Shown here: one piece after another, positions 39,450 through 48,856 of the stretch | Layout: every line of letters starts with the position of its first letter | How positions within the stretch are numbered: the stretch's first letter is position 1 | From: Acidobacteriaceae bacterium | Lineage (GTDB): Bacteria; Acidobacteriota; Terriglobia; Terriglobales; Acidobacteriaceae | Length of the DNA: 49,030 nt | Assembly (NCBI GenBank): GCA_035567995.1 | Contig: DATMOZ010000161.1 | Coordinates: 1 to 49,030 of the forward strand | Direction: 5' to 3' | Made by a program: the position numbers and the translations under genes | Notes under the pieces: model-generated | Seen by the model: only the letters and a program-made list of their open reading frames with translations | The model's database searches: none | Told to the model about the DNA's origin: nothing

Positions 39450-39587
39450 ATGCTGATGCTCTATCTCATCATGGTGGCTTGCCTGCTCGTGCTTATCGGC
39501 GCAGCCGTCGGCATCCGCCGGACAATCGTCAACCACGGCCAGAAGGCTGCAGCGAAGCGCAAAGAGAACATCAGCATCCAGCACTAG
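39450..39587 (+). CDS. Candidate 45-aa single-TM small protein upstream of bioY
   Basis: Hand translation gives MLMLYLIMVACLLVLIGAAVGIRRTIVNHGQKAAAKRKENISIQH*. Its stop lies within the bioY SD region (TAGGAG). It is too short to appear in the ORF track. Confidence 0.3.
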   Translation: MLMLYLIMVACLLVLIGAAVGIRRTIVNHGQKAAAKRKENISIQH

Positions 39588-39594
39588 GAGATCC

Positions 39595-40179
39595 ATGGCA
39601 CACACCATCGCTTCCACATCTGCGATCCACGCTGCAAGCCGTACGCAAACGCTTCTGCGCAACGCGGGAATTGCAATCGCCGCAACAGTCTTCATCGCTA
39701 TCTGTGCCCACATCGCGCTGCCGCTCCCGTGGACGCCTGTTCCTCTGGTCGCCCAGGATCTCGCCGTTCTCATCGTCGGTTTTCTGCTCGGTCCGCAACT
39801 GGGCTTCGCAACCCTCGTGCTTTACCTCGCCGAAGGCGCCGCTGGCCTGCCGATGTTCAACCCGCACGGTGTCGGTGGAATCGCCCAACTCTTCGGTGCT
39901 ACCGGCGGCTTCCTGATGGCGTATCCCTTCGTCGCAGGCATAGCAGGCGCACTGCGCAGCCGAACCGGGAACTACGCGCGGAACCTGCTTGCCGCTTCTG
40001 TGGCGACAGTTGTGCTCTTCACCTGCGGAGCTTTGTACTTCGCCGTTCTGTTGCACGCCCCCGCGTCGATGACCATGCACTCCGCCGTAACTCCATTCCT
40101 GCCCGGCGCAATATTGAAATGCGCACTCGCCGCCGGCCTCGCCACTGCATGGACCAAATCGCGCGCGCGCGCGACATAA
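39595..40179 (+). CDS. bioY: Biotin transporter BioY
   Basis: Carries LPWTPVPLVAQDLAVLIVGFLLGP...LYLAEGAAGLPMF...GATGGFLMAYP. Confidence 0.85.
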   Translation: MAHTIASTSAIHAASRTQTLLRNAGIAIAATVFIAICAHIALPLPWTPVPLVAQDLAVLIVGFLLGPQLGFATLVLYLAEGAAGLPMFNPHGVGGIAQLFGATGGFLMAYPFVAGIAGALRSRTGNYARNLLAASVATVVLFTCGALYFAVLLHAPASMTMHSAVTPFLPGAILKCALAAGLATAWTKSRARAT

Positions 40180-40316
40180 ATCGTATATTCGAGCGACTTC
40201 CTCATAGGCTTGTGTTGCAAGCGCTACCGTTGCACCCCTGAAGGTGCACGCTCGTCGCAGTCATCCCGCTTCATCCACAGGGTGCGGCGCTTCACTTCGC
40301 TTACACTTGAGCAAGT

Positions 40317-41174
40317 ATGCCGACCAGCACTTCTGTGAAGACACGAGAGATTACGATTGCGCACAGTCCAGACTCCGACGACGCATTCATGTTCTACGGC
40401 TTGGCGACCAACAAGGTTCGTCTGCCAGGAATTAAGTTCAGCCACACTCTGACCGACATCGAGACCCTCAATCAGCGGGCGATGAAGGAAGCGCACTACG
40501 ACCTGACGGCTGTCTCCTTCCACGCGTATCCCTACATTCAGGACAACTACACGCTGATGAACTGCGGCGGATCTGTGGGTGAGAGCTATGGCCCGATGAT
40601 CGTTGCGCCGCGCCGCTATACGCTCAACCAGATTCGCAATGTCCGCATCGCCGTTCCAGGCACGCTCACCACCGCATACCTTGCGCTCAAGCTTTTTGCG
40701 CCGGATATCGAGACAGTCGTAGTTCCCTTCGATCGCATCATTCCTGAGGTGGGCGCCGGAACGTACGACGCCGGATTGATCATTCACGAAGGCCAGCTTA
40801 CCTACGCGAGCAACGGCTTAAACCGCATTCTCGACCTCGGGCAATGGTGGCATGACCAGACGCAACTGCCGCTGCCTCTCGGCGGCAATGCCATTCGCCG
40901 TTCACTGGGGCCAAAGCTATTGAAAGACATCACCGGGGCGCTGCGCGACAGCATTCAATACGCCCTCGATAATCGCGAAGAAGCGCTGGAATACGCAATG
41001 CAGTTTGCCCGCGATCTCGATCCCGGCTTGGCCAACCGCTTCGTCAGCATGTACGTCAACGAGCGTACCCTCGACTACGGCAAAGAGGGTAGGCAGGCGA
41101 TCTCCACGCTCCTTGATATGGGCCACGAAAAAGGCATCATCACAATCCAGCCAAAGGTGGATTTCGTAGGCTGA
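40317..41174 (+). CDS. MqnA/MqnD-family protein (futalosine-route menaquinone biosynthesis, periplasmic-binding-protein-like fold)
   Basis: The N-terminal segment IAHSPDSDDAFMFYGL and the overall length and layout resemble the PF02621-type family. I cannot assign the subfamily by eye. Confidence 0.6.
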   Translation: MPTSTSVKTREITIAHSPDSDDAFMFYGLATNKVRLPGIKFSHTLTDIETLNQRAMKEAHYDLTAVSFHAYPYIQDNYTLMNCGGSVGESYGPMIVAPRRYTLNQIRNVRIAVPGTLTTAYLALKLFAPDIETVVVPFDRIIPEVGAGTYDAGLIIHEGQLTYASNGLNRILDLGQWWHDQTQLPLPLGGNAIRRSLGPKLLKDITGALRDSIQYALDNREEALEYAMQFARDLDPGLANRFVSMYVNERTLDYGKEGRQAISTLLDMGHEKGIITIQPKVDFVG

Positions 41175-41363
41175 TTGAGACTTACCAACTTAGTTCGAGT
41201 TATTGAACCGCCGTTCATTCCGCGCATCTCTGACAGGTCCAATCTTGCCGGTTAAAAGAGTTGTTGCGCGTCCAACTATTAACAACTGGAACCTCTCCCC
41301 ATCTGTTACCGTTAGTTGTAGTCCCCCACCAGCGAAAAACATCCTTTCGCGCTAGAAGGCTTA

Positions 41364-42347
41364 ATGACACCTGTGCTTACAGTTGAAGAAGTAGTAGTAG
41401 AAACCTCCCCACTCGCGGCCGTCCCGCCCCACATCGTCGCAGGCGAGTCCGCAGTGCGTCGCCCGAAGGCCTCAGAGCTGTTTGGTCGTTCGGCCAACGG
41501 TGACAAGATCAACTGGAAAACCGCCTTCTTTATGGTCGCGTTTCACGTGGGTGCAGTCGCTGCTCTGTTTATGTTCTCGTGGCAGGCTCTGGTTATCACC
41601 GTGGTTCTCTACTTCATGGCGATTAACTTGGGCGTCGGAATGGGCTATCACCGGTTGCTCACGCATCGTGGCTACAAGGTTCCCAAGTGGCTTGAGTACT
41701 TCCTCGCTATGTGCGGCACCCTCGCCCTCGAGGGTGGCCCAATTTTCTGGGTGGCCACACATCGCGTACATCATCAGCACACCGACAAACCAGGCGATCC
41801 GCACACTCCCAACGAGGGCGGATGGTGGTCTCACGCCGGCTGGATACTCAGCGGTAAGGCGATGGCGGCGGACACCAGTATTCTCGCGCGCTACGTTCCC
41901 GACCTCGGCAAGGACAAGGGCCTGGTCTGGCTCAGCAACTACCACTGGGTTCCGCTCACCACACTCGGTTTCGGCCTGCTCGCACTCGGCCACCACTTCG
42001 GCGGCTGGCATCTCGGCTGGTCCTTGGTCTTCTGGGGAATCTTTCTCCGCGTGACGATCGGCCTGCACGCAACCTGGCTCGTGAACTCGGCAACCCACAT
42101 GTGGGGATCACGCCGTTTCGCAACCCGCGACGAATCGCGTAATAACTGGTGGGTCGCGCTGCTCACCGGTGGCGAAGGCTGGCACAACAACCACCACGCG
42201 CATCCCGTCTCGGCAAAGCACGGATTGGCCTGGTACGAAATCGACCCGAACTGGTACGGCATCTGGCTGCTGAAAAAAATTGGCCTCGCCAAGCAGGTTC
42301 TCGTCGCAGAGTTCGACCGCGAGAATCCACGCCCAGCCGGCGCATAA
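41364..42347 (+). CDS. Acyl-CoA (delta-9-type) fatty acid desaturase
   Basis: Three His boxes: HRLLTHRGY, HRVHHQHTD and WHNNHHAHP. Has N-terminal TM segments. Confidence 0.9.
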   Translation: MTPVLTVEEVVVETSPLAAVPPHIVAGESAVRRPKASELFGRSANGDKINWKTAFFMVAFHVGAVAALFMFSWQALVITVVLYFMAINLGVGMGYHRLLTHRGYKVPKWLEYFLAMCGTLALEGGPIFWVATHRVHHQHTDKPGDPHTPNEGGWWSHAGWILSGKAMAADTSILARYVPDLGKDKGLVWLSNYHWVPLTTLGFGLLALGHHFGGWHLGWSLVFWGIFLRVTIGLHATWLVNSATHMWGSRRFATRDESRNNWWVALLTGGEGWHNNHHAHPVSAKHGLAWYEIDPNWYGIWLLKKIGLAKQVLVAEFDRENPRPAGA

Positions 42348-42364
42348 GCCATTCGCAGCACATC

Positions 42365-42395
42365 AAAGGCCGCTCTTCAGCGGCCTTTCCTATTT
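42365..42395 (+). terminator. Rho-independent terminator after the desaturase gene
   Basis: AAAGGCCGC-TCTTCA-GCGGCCTTT followed by CCTATTT. Confidence 0.65.
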
Positions 42396-42477
42396 ACGGA
42401 TGCACAGGATACTTCCGTGCTTCCACTAGCGAAGCAGCGATCGGTTACCATCCCTCTCGTCTCATCAGGAGCGTGAC

Positions 42478-43572
42478 ATGCATCTTGAAAAAGCCGGCAG
42501 AATCTTCCTCGTCGCAATCACAATTCTGCTAGCAGGATCAGCGGTCGCGCAACAGCAGCCCGTTGAAGAAAGCACATATACAGCGCGAGACTTTCATTTC
42601 CGGTCGGGCGAAGCCCTGCCAGAGCTGAAGCTGCACTACAGAACACTCGGCAAGCCGCATAGAAATGCCGGCGGCCACGTCGACAACGCCGTGCTTATCC
42701 TGCACGGCACCGGGGGAACCGGCGCGCAGTTTCTAACGCCGGTGTTTGCTGGCGTCCTTTTTGGTCAGGGTCAATTGCTAGACAAAGCGAAGTACTTCAT
42801 CATCCTCCCCGACAACATCGGACACGGCGCATCCTCAAAGCCGAGTGATGGCCTTCATGCGCACTTTCCCGCCTACGATTACGACGACATGGTTGCAGCG
42901 CAGCACCTGCTGCTGCAGGATGCCTTGCACGTTGACCACCTGCGCTTGATTCTCGGCACTTCGATGGGCTGCATGCACGCGTGGGTCTGGGGCGAGACCT
43001 ACCCTGAATACGCTGATGCCCTGATGCCTCTTGCATGCCTGCCCGTTCAGATCGCAGGCCGCAATCGCATGGTCCGTAAGATGGCAATGGACGCCATTCG
43101 CAACGATCCCGGTTGGAGCAACGGAGACTATACGAAGCAGCCAAAAGGCCTGGAGACCTCACTCGAGATGCTGTTCATCATGGGCTCAAGTCCCCTGCAT
43201 TTGCAAAAGCAGTTTCCAATGCGCGATCAAGCGGATACTTATATCGACAAGTTCCTCGGCGCCCGCTTTGCCGCAACCGACGCAAACGACTTTCTGTATC
43301 AATTCAACTCATCGCGCAACTACGATCCGTCGGCGGGACTGTCGAAAATAACGGTTCCGGTCATGGCCGTTAACTCCGCCGATGACTTCATCAATCCCCC
43401 CGAACTCGACATCATGCCCGAAGCGATCAAAAAAGTTCCTCACGGCCAATTTGTTCTGCTTCCAATAACCGACCAGACCCGGGGACACGGCACTCATACC
43501 CTAGCGGCAATCTGGAAGGAATATCTGGCACAACTGCTCGCGGAATCCGGCCCGGGTGCAGGCAAACCATAG
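42478..43572 (+). CDS. Secreted alpha/beta-fold hydrolase
   Basis: Signal peptide ...LLAGSAVAQQ. Carries ILHGTGGTG and the nucleophile elbow LGTSMGCMHAW. Confidence 0.8.
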   Translation: MHLEKAGRIFLVAITILLAGSAVAQQQPVEESTYTARDFHFRSGEALPELKLHYRTLGKPHRNAGGHVDNAVLILHGTGGTGAQFLTPVFAGVLFGQGQLLDKAKYFIILPDNIGHGASSKPSDGLHAHFPAYDYDDMVAAQHLLLQDALHVDHLRLILGTSMGCMHAWVWGETYPEYADALMPLACLPVQIAGRNRMVRKMAMDAIRNDPGWSNGDYTKQPKGLETSLEMLFIMGSSPLHLQKQFPMRDQADTYIDKFLGARFAATDANDFLYQFNSSRNYDPSAGLSKITVPVMAVNSADDFINPPELDIMPEAIKKVPHGQFVLLPITDQTRGHGTHTLAAIWKEYLAQLLAESGPGAGKP

Positions 43573-43622
43573 CTGACGGTCTCGGGACAGATACAGGTCA
43601 TCGCACTGTAAACTTACCCTCA

Positions 43623-45962
43623 GTGCGCATCCTCACCCGATACATCCTTGGCGAGACCCTGTCCCACGCCCTGCTGGGCGGCGCGCTATTCACATTCGTG
43701 CTTTTCATGCGCGACCTCGGGCACATCCTTGAGATTGTCGTCCGGAACAGCGCATCTCTGTCGTCAGTCGGAAAGATCATCCTTCTCACACTTCCGAATG
43801 CGCTCACCGTAACCATCCCGATGGCTGTCCTAGTCGGAGTCCTGCTCGGACTAAGCCGTCTCGCTGCCGACAGCGAAATCACCGCCATGCGTTCCGCCGG
43901 CTTCGGAGTCTTCACGTTCGTCCGCATTCTTGCCGTCGTCGCCGCCGGAGCCTGGCTGCTGGGTCTTGTGAATAGCCTCTACATCGCGCCCAGGGCGGCC
44001 TCAGCGCTGCTCGATCTGGAATCCAGCCTTAAGACCTCACAGGCTTCCTTTGAGGTGCAGCCACGAGTGTTCTACGAGGATCTGCGCAACTACGTTCTCT
44101 ATGTTCAAGACGTGCGCCCGGCGGTTGGCTCGGCGCACTGGCAGCACATCTTCCTCGCCGACATCTCGCAGGCCGCGGCTCCGTCCATAACAACCGCAGA
44201 GCAGGCCACCGTCGTCTCTCCACGCGACGATCAGACCCTGCTCATGCGTCTGCACAACGGCCAGCAACATCAAACCGAGCCAAGCGACCCCACGCGCTAC
44301 GACATCTCGACCTTCGCCGAAACAGACCTGCCTATTGCGTTGACGCCGCAAATGACGCATAGCGGACGTAACGACACTCCGCTGCTCGCGATGTCCAATT
44401 CGCAATTGCTGGAACGCGCCCGCCAGCCCGGCGGCAAGCCATATCGCATTGAGCTGCACAAGCGCTTCTCTTACCCCGCCGCGTGTTTCGTACTGATGCT
44501 CGTCGGCATTCCGCTCGGTCTATCTGCCAGGCGCGGCGGAAAGAGTACCGGCTTCGTGCTCACCATCCTGCTTGTCTTCCTCTACTACTTCCTCTCCTCC
44601 GTGGGAGTCGCACTCGCGCGCCAGGATAAGGTGCCCGTATTTATCGGCGTCTGGTCGGCCAACATCCTGTTCACAGTCGCCGCGGTTATGCTGCTGCGCC
44701 AGATGGTCCGGGGCCGGCTTGAGCTGCCCGCGTTCCTCACCAACCTTCGCCTGCGCAAGAACCCAGCAGAAATCGCACCCGATGGGCCGCTTGCACAGGT
44801 CTCACCGTACTATGCACCGGCCCGCGCCCGCCGCTGGATGTTCAACAACGGCCGCTTCCCTCTTCTGCTCGACGACTACGTTCTCCGTGAATTCGTAACC
44901 AGTTTCCTGCTGGTCCAGGTCACCTTCGTATTGCTCGCGCTGCTATTCTCTTTCTTCGAACTGCTCGGCGATATCGTGCGAAACCGCGCGCCACTCATCA
45001 CGGTGGGCGAATACCTGATAAATCTCTCGCCGATGATGATCTACACCATCACGCCTCTCAGCGTTCTTATCGCCGTGCTGATCACCATGGGCCTCCTCAA
45101 TCGCAATAGCGAACTGACGGCGATTAAAGCCACCGGCGTCAGTCTGTATCGGGTCATCACTCCAGTCTTGCTGATCGCAGCGACCATCGGCGCAATGCTC
45201 TTCGCATTCGACGAACTCTATCTGCCCGCCGCGAACCGCCGTCAGGAAGCCCTGCGCTCCGTCATCAAAGGCAAGCCCGCGCAGACCTTCCTGCGTCCAG
45301 ATCGCAAATGGATGTTCGGTGCGCAACAACCCGACAAGCCGGAGCACATCTTCTATTACCAGTTTTTTGATCCTGACCGTGACCAGTTCGCGAACATCAG
45401 TATCTTCGAGTTCAGCCCAAACAGCTTCGAACTATCGCGCCGCATCTACGCCACAGCAGCGCATTGGGAGCCGCGCCTCAACCGCTGGGTGTTCGAGCGA
45501 GGTTGGGAGCGCACCTTCAACGGCAACGAGGTGGCCGGCTACAGCACCTTCGACGTCCGCACTTACCCTGAAATCGCCGAGTCGCCGCAGTACTTCAAAA
45601 AAGAAAGCCTTCAGTCGTTCGAGATGAGTTTTGGCGAATTACGCCGGTACATCCGCGACCTGAGCCAGAGCGGATTCGACACCATGCGGCTGCGCGTCGC
45701 GCTGAACCATAAGCTTTCGTATCCGGTCATTACCCTGGTGATGGCAGTGCTCGCCGTCCCGTTCGCTCTTTCCATGGGCCGTCGCGGCTCCCTTACCGGC
45801 ATCGCCGTCGCCATCGGAGTCGCAATCGCCTACTGGGTCGCCGCAGGACTCTTCGAAGCCATGGGCAACGTCAACACCCTGCCGCCTCTGCTCGCCGCCT
45901 GGTCACCCGACCTGCTCTTCGGCCTCGCCGGCGGCTACCTGCTGCTGCGCACGCCGACCTAA
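43623..45962 (+). CDS. Fused LptF/LptG-family (YjgP/YjgQ) permease, two tandem domains
   Basis: 779 aa, GTG start. The first half begins RILTRYILGETL... The second half restarts with LLLDDYVLREFVTSFLL... and contains SELTAIKATGVSLYR. Confidence 0.8.
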   Translation: MRILTRYILGETLSHALLGGALFTFVLFMRDLGHILEIVVRNSASLSSVGKIILLTLPNALTVTIPMAVLVGVLLGLSRLAADSEITAMRSAGFGVFTFVRILAVVAAGAWLLGLVNSLYIAPRAASALLDLESSLKTSQASFEVQPRVFYEDLRNYVLYVQDVRPAVGSAHWQHIFLADISQAAAPSITTAEQATVVSPRDDQTLLMRLHNGQQHQTEPSDPTRYDISTFAETDLPIALTPQMTHSGRNDTPLLAMSNSQLLERARQPGGKPYRIELHKRFSYPAACFVLMLVGIPLGLSARRGGKSTGFVLTILLVFLYYFLSSVGVALARQDKVPVFIGVWSANILFTVAAVMLLRQMVRGRLELPAFLTNLRLRKNPAEIAPDGPLAQVSPYYAPARARRWMFNNGRFPLLLDDYVLREFVTSFLLVQVTFVLLALLFSFFELLGDIVRNRAPLITVGEYLINLSPMMIYTITPLSVLIAVLITMGLLNRNSELTAIKATGVSLYRVITPVLLIAATIGAMLFAFDELYLPAANRRQEALRSVIKGKPAQTFLRPDRKWMFGAQQPDKPEHIFYYQFFDPDRDQFANISIFEFSPNSFELSRRIYATAAHWEPRLNRWVFERGWERTFNGNEVAGYSTFDVRTYPEIAESPQYFKKESLQSFEMSFGELRRYIRDLSQSGFDTMRLRVALNHKLSYPVITLVMAVLAVPFALSMGRRGSLTGIAVAIGVAIAYWVAAGLFEAMGNVNTLPPLLAAWSPDLLFGLAGGYLLLRTPT

Positions 45963-46112
45963 GCGATAGGATTTCCTCGAGGCAGGCGCGGTCCGCGGCC
46001 CAACCATGACGCGCTTCGCAATCAGGATGTTTAGCCGCTGAGACCAGCTTCGAACCTTTGCGTCAATTCCAGAGACAGCAGCATCCATTAAAGTGGATCC
46101 AGACCCGCAAAA

Positions 46113-47870
46113 ATGTTCAGCCGACTACGTCCACTCTTCCCGTACCTCAAGCGGTACCGCCACCAATTCTTCTGGGGCGGTCTCGCGACCATCTGCTCCA
46201 ACGCAATCTGGATTCTCTTCCCGCAGATCATTCGCCGCGCGATAGACGACCTCAGCCGCGGAGCAACGCACAGAAAGATCGTCACCTACGCGGCGCTGCT
46301 TATGCTGGTCGCCGCGCTGAAAGGCGTCTTCCTCTACCTGATGCGTTGGATCATCATCGGCATCTCACGCGAAATCGAATTTGATCTCCGTAACGATCTC
46401 TTCCTGAATCTCGAGCGCCAACCGCCCAGCTACTACCAGGAAAATCGTACCGGCGACATTATGGCCCGCATGACCAACGACCTCAACGCAGTCCGCATGC
46501 TGCTCGGTCCCGCCATCATGTACAGCGCAAACACGATCTTGTTCACGCTTGGCGCGTTGGCCTTTATGCTGCGCATCAGCCCGCATCTCACGCTGCTCGC
46601 ATTCGCTCCGCTGCCCATCGCAAGCATCGTCGTCCAGTATTTCGGCCGCCGCATTCACGAGCGCTTCGAACGCATTCAGGCGATGTACTCCGACATCTCC
46701 GCGCAGGTGCAGGAGAATCTTTCAGGTGCTCGCCTCATTCGCGCCTTCGTGCAGGAAGACGCCGAGAACCGCTCCTTTGCCGCGGCGAATCGCGAATACA
46801 TTCGTCGCGCGTTGAAGCTCGTACAGTTGATGGGAATGTTGTGGCCGACGCTGGAGTTCATGCTGGGCACTGCGATGGTGATAGTGCTGCTCGTCGGCGG
46901 CCGCGAAGTTCTGAATCACCAGATCACCATCGGCGACTTCGTCGCATTCAACACATACATGATGATGCTGACCTGGCCGATCATCGCGCTCGGCTGGGTC
47001 GTCAACCTCTTCCAGCGCGGCACCGCGTCTGTGCAGCGCATCCACGAAATCCTCAGCGCGCAACCCGCAATCAACGATCGCGACGCCGATATATCGCTCG
47101 CAACCGCTCCGCCGCTGGATGGTTATATTTCGCTCAAGTCGCTCACCTTCTCATACGGCCCCGGCCTGCCTGACGTGCTCAAAGACATCGACCTCCACAT
47201 ATCGGCAGGCAGCAGTCTGGCAATCGTCGGCCCCACGGGCTCAGGAAAATCAACGCTGGTCTCGCTGCTCGCGCGCCTGCACGACGCTTCGCCGGGAGCG
47301 ATCGAAATCGACGGCCGCAGCGTCCGCGACTACCCGCTCGCCACACTTCGCCGCAACATCGGCTTCGTGCCGCAGGAAACATTTCTCTTCAGCGAGACCA
47401 TTCGCGAGAATATCGCGTTCGGAGTAGACAAAGCCAGCGACGACGAAATTCTCGAGGCCGCGGAGGCTGCTCATATCGCGACCGAAATTCTTGAGTTTCC
47501 CCGCGGATTCTCCACCGTCGTCGGCGAACGTGGCATTACGCTCTCCGGCGGTCAGAAGCAGCGCACCGCCATCGCACGAGCGCTCATCCGTCAGCCGCGC
47601 ATTCTCATTCTCGACGACGCGCTCTCAAGCGTCGACACCTACACCGAGGAGCGCATCCTCGAGCAGCTTCGCACCTTCATGACCGGACGCACCACTATCT
47701 TCATTTCGCATCGCGTGTCCACTGCGCGCAGCGCCGACCAGATTGCGGTCCTCGTCGACGGACGCATCGTGGAACTAGGCGACCACGACAGCCTGATCGC
47801 TCGCGGAGGCTATTACACGCGCCTGCACGAAAAACAAATGCTCGAAGAAGAACTCACCGTCGCCGGCTGA
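46113..47870 (+). CDS. ABC exporter, fused permease plus ATPase (MsbA/multidrug-like)
   Basis: An N-terminal 6-TM domain, then GPTGSGKST, LSGGQKQRTAIARAL and ILILDDALSSVD. Confidence 0.9.
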   Translation: MFSRLRPLFPYLKRYRHQFFWGGLATICSNAIWILFPQIIRRAIDDLSRGATHRKIVTYAALLMLVAALKGVFLYLMRWIIIGISREIEFDLRNDLFLNLERQPPSYYQENRTGDIMARMTNDLNAVRMLLGPAIMYSANTILFTLGALAFMLRISPHLTLLAFAPLPIASIVVQYFGRRIHERFERIQAMYSDISAQVQENLSGARLIRAFVQEDAENRSFAAANREYIRRALKLVQLMGMLWPTLEFMLGTAMVIVLLVGGREVLNHQITIGDFVAFNTYMMMLTWPIIALGWVVNLFQRGTASVQRIHEILSAQPAINDRDADISLATAPPLDGYISLKSLTFSYGPGLPDVLKDIDLHISAGSSLAIVGPTGSGKSTLVSLLARLHDASPGAIEIDGRSVRDYPLATLRRNIGFVPQETFLFSETIRENIAFGVDKASDDEILEAAEAAHIATEILEFPRGFSTVVGERGITLSGGQKQRTAIARALIRQPRILILDDALSSVDTYTEERILEQLRTFMTGRTTIFISHRVSTARSADQIAVLVDGRIVELGDHDSLIARGGYYTRLHEKQMLEEELTVAG

Positions 47871-47896
47871 CCACTCTGGAGACGAACGAACCGGGT

Positions 47897-48004
47897 GCCC
47901 CATCCTTGCGCAGCAAGGGTGGGGCTGAGGTCTGAGCTTCACGGTGGAAGTCACGGGCTTTAGCCCGTGCAATATGCCTCCCGACAACAAGGGGCTTTAG
48001 CCCC
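47897..48004. repeat. Cluster of three GC-rich hairpins (REP-like palindromic elements) between convergent genes
   Basis: Hairpin 1 is GCCCCATCCTTGC-GCA-GCAAGGGTGGGGC (47897-47925). Hairpin 2 is CACGGGC-TTTA-GCCCGTG (47952-47969). Hairpin 3 is GGGGC-TTTA-GCCCC (47991-48004). The last two share the core GGGCTTTAGCCC. Confidence 0.5.
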
Positions 48005-48008
48005 GGCC

Positions 48009-48422
48009 CTACAACCCCATCACCTTCACAATAACCCGCTTCCTCCGCTGTCCATCAAACTCCGCATAGAACACACGCTGCCAGGTACCAAGATCCAGGC
48101 GGCCCTTCGTAATCGGCAAAATAATCTCGTGCTTCAGCAGCAATGCCTTCAGATGTGCATCCGCGTTGTCTTCCCCCGTCCGATGATGCTTGTAATCCGG
48201 CTTCGCAGGAGCAAGCTTTTCCAGCCACTCGCCGATGTCTTCGATCAGCCCGCCCTCGTGATCGTTAACGTAAATCGCCGCGGTAATATGCATCGCAGAA
48301 ACAAGGCAGAACCCATCCTCGATCTTGCTCGCCGCAACGATGGCTTCAATCTGCGGAGTGATGTGGACCATCTCCCGCCGCTTCTTCGTTTCAAACCATA
48401 GGTATTCCGTGTGCACTTTCAT
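48009..48422 (-). CDS. yjbQ: YjbQ/UPF0047-family protein (secondary thiamine-phosphate synthase-like)
   Basis: Carries [23 protein letters not shown] and [14 protein letters not shown]. Confidence 0.88.
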   Translation of the reverse strand: MKVHTEYLWFETKKRREMVHITPQIEAIVAASKIEDGFCLVSAMHITAAIYVNDHEGGLIEDIGEWLEKLAPAKPDYKHHRTGEDNADAHLKALLLKHEIILPITKGRLDLGTWQRVFYAEFDGQRRKRVIVKVMGL

Positions 48423-48474
48423 TGCAGAAACCGCTCCTCAGCATGCATCGTTATCATGAGATGCATACGTGGCT

Positions 48475-48837
48475 ATGACAGAATCCCCAACACGAAAACT
48501 CGCCGAGCACCATTACGACCGCGGAATCGACGCGCTCGCCGATGGCGATTTCAGCGTTGCAGCCAGATGTTTCCGTGAAGCTATCGCCTTAGATGCGACC
48601 TTTCTCGACGCCCGTCACGGCCTCATTCGCGCCCTGCAGGATGCAGGTGAGTTCGACGAAGCTATCTCCGCCGCGCAGCAACTCGCCGCGGAAGACCCCG
48701 ACGACGTTCTGGCACACACACGCCTCTCCATCCTCTACCAGCACAAGGGCATGATTCCCGAAGCCGAAGCAGAGTCTGCGCGTGCAAAAATTCTCGGTTG
48801 GAAACTTGAGCTCTCTCAGTCCAAGCCGAAGACGTAA
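48475..48837 (+). CDS. Small TPR-repeat protein
   Basis: Carries GIDALADGDFSVAARCFREAIALDATFLDARHGLIRALQDAGEFDEAISAAQQ, which has TPR-like spacing. The start is ATG 48475 or GTG 48469. Confidence 0.65.
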   Translation: MTESPTRKLAEHHYDRGIDALADGDFSVAARCFREAIALDATFLDARHGLIRALQDAGEFDEAISAAQQLAAEDPDDVLAHTRLSILYQHKGMIPEAEAESARAKILGWKLELSQSKPKT

Positions 48838-48856
48838 GCGCCGCCTGCCAGGCGCT

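Noticed and set aside
38994-39773. A 259-aa minus-strand ORF spanning cutA, the intergenic gap and the bioY start.
   Set aside because: It overlaps two well-supported plus-strand genes (CutA and BioY motifs) and has a Cys/Arg/Ala-rich spurious composition.
40224-40787. A 187-aa minus-strand ORF opposite the MqnA/MqnD-family gene.
   Set aside because: It is antisense to a better-supported plus-strand gene and shows no motif, so it is a GC-rich-frame artefact.
41240-41330. Repeated AGTTGT/AACAAC motifs upstream of the desaturase gene as a possible repressor operator.
   Set aside because: These are only short (6-7 nt) imperfect repeats in an AT-richer promoter region. They could easily arise by chance, so I did not make a call.
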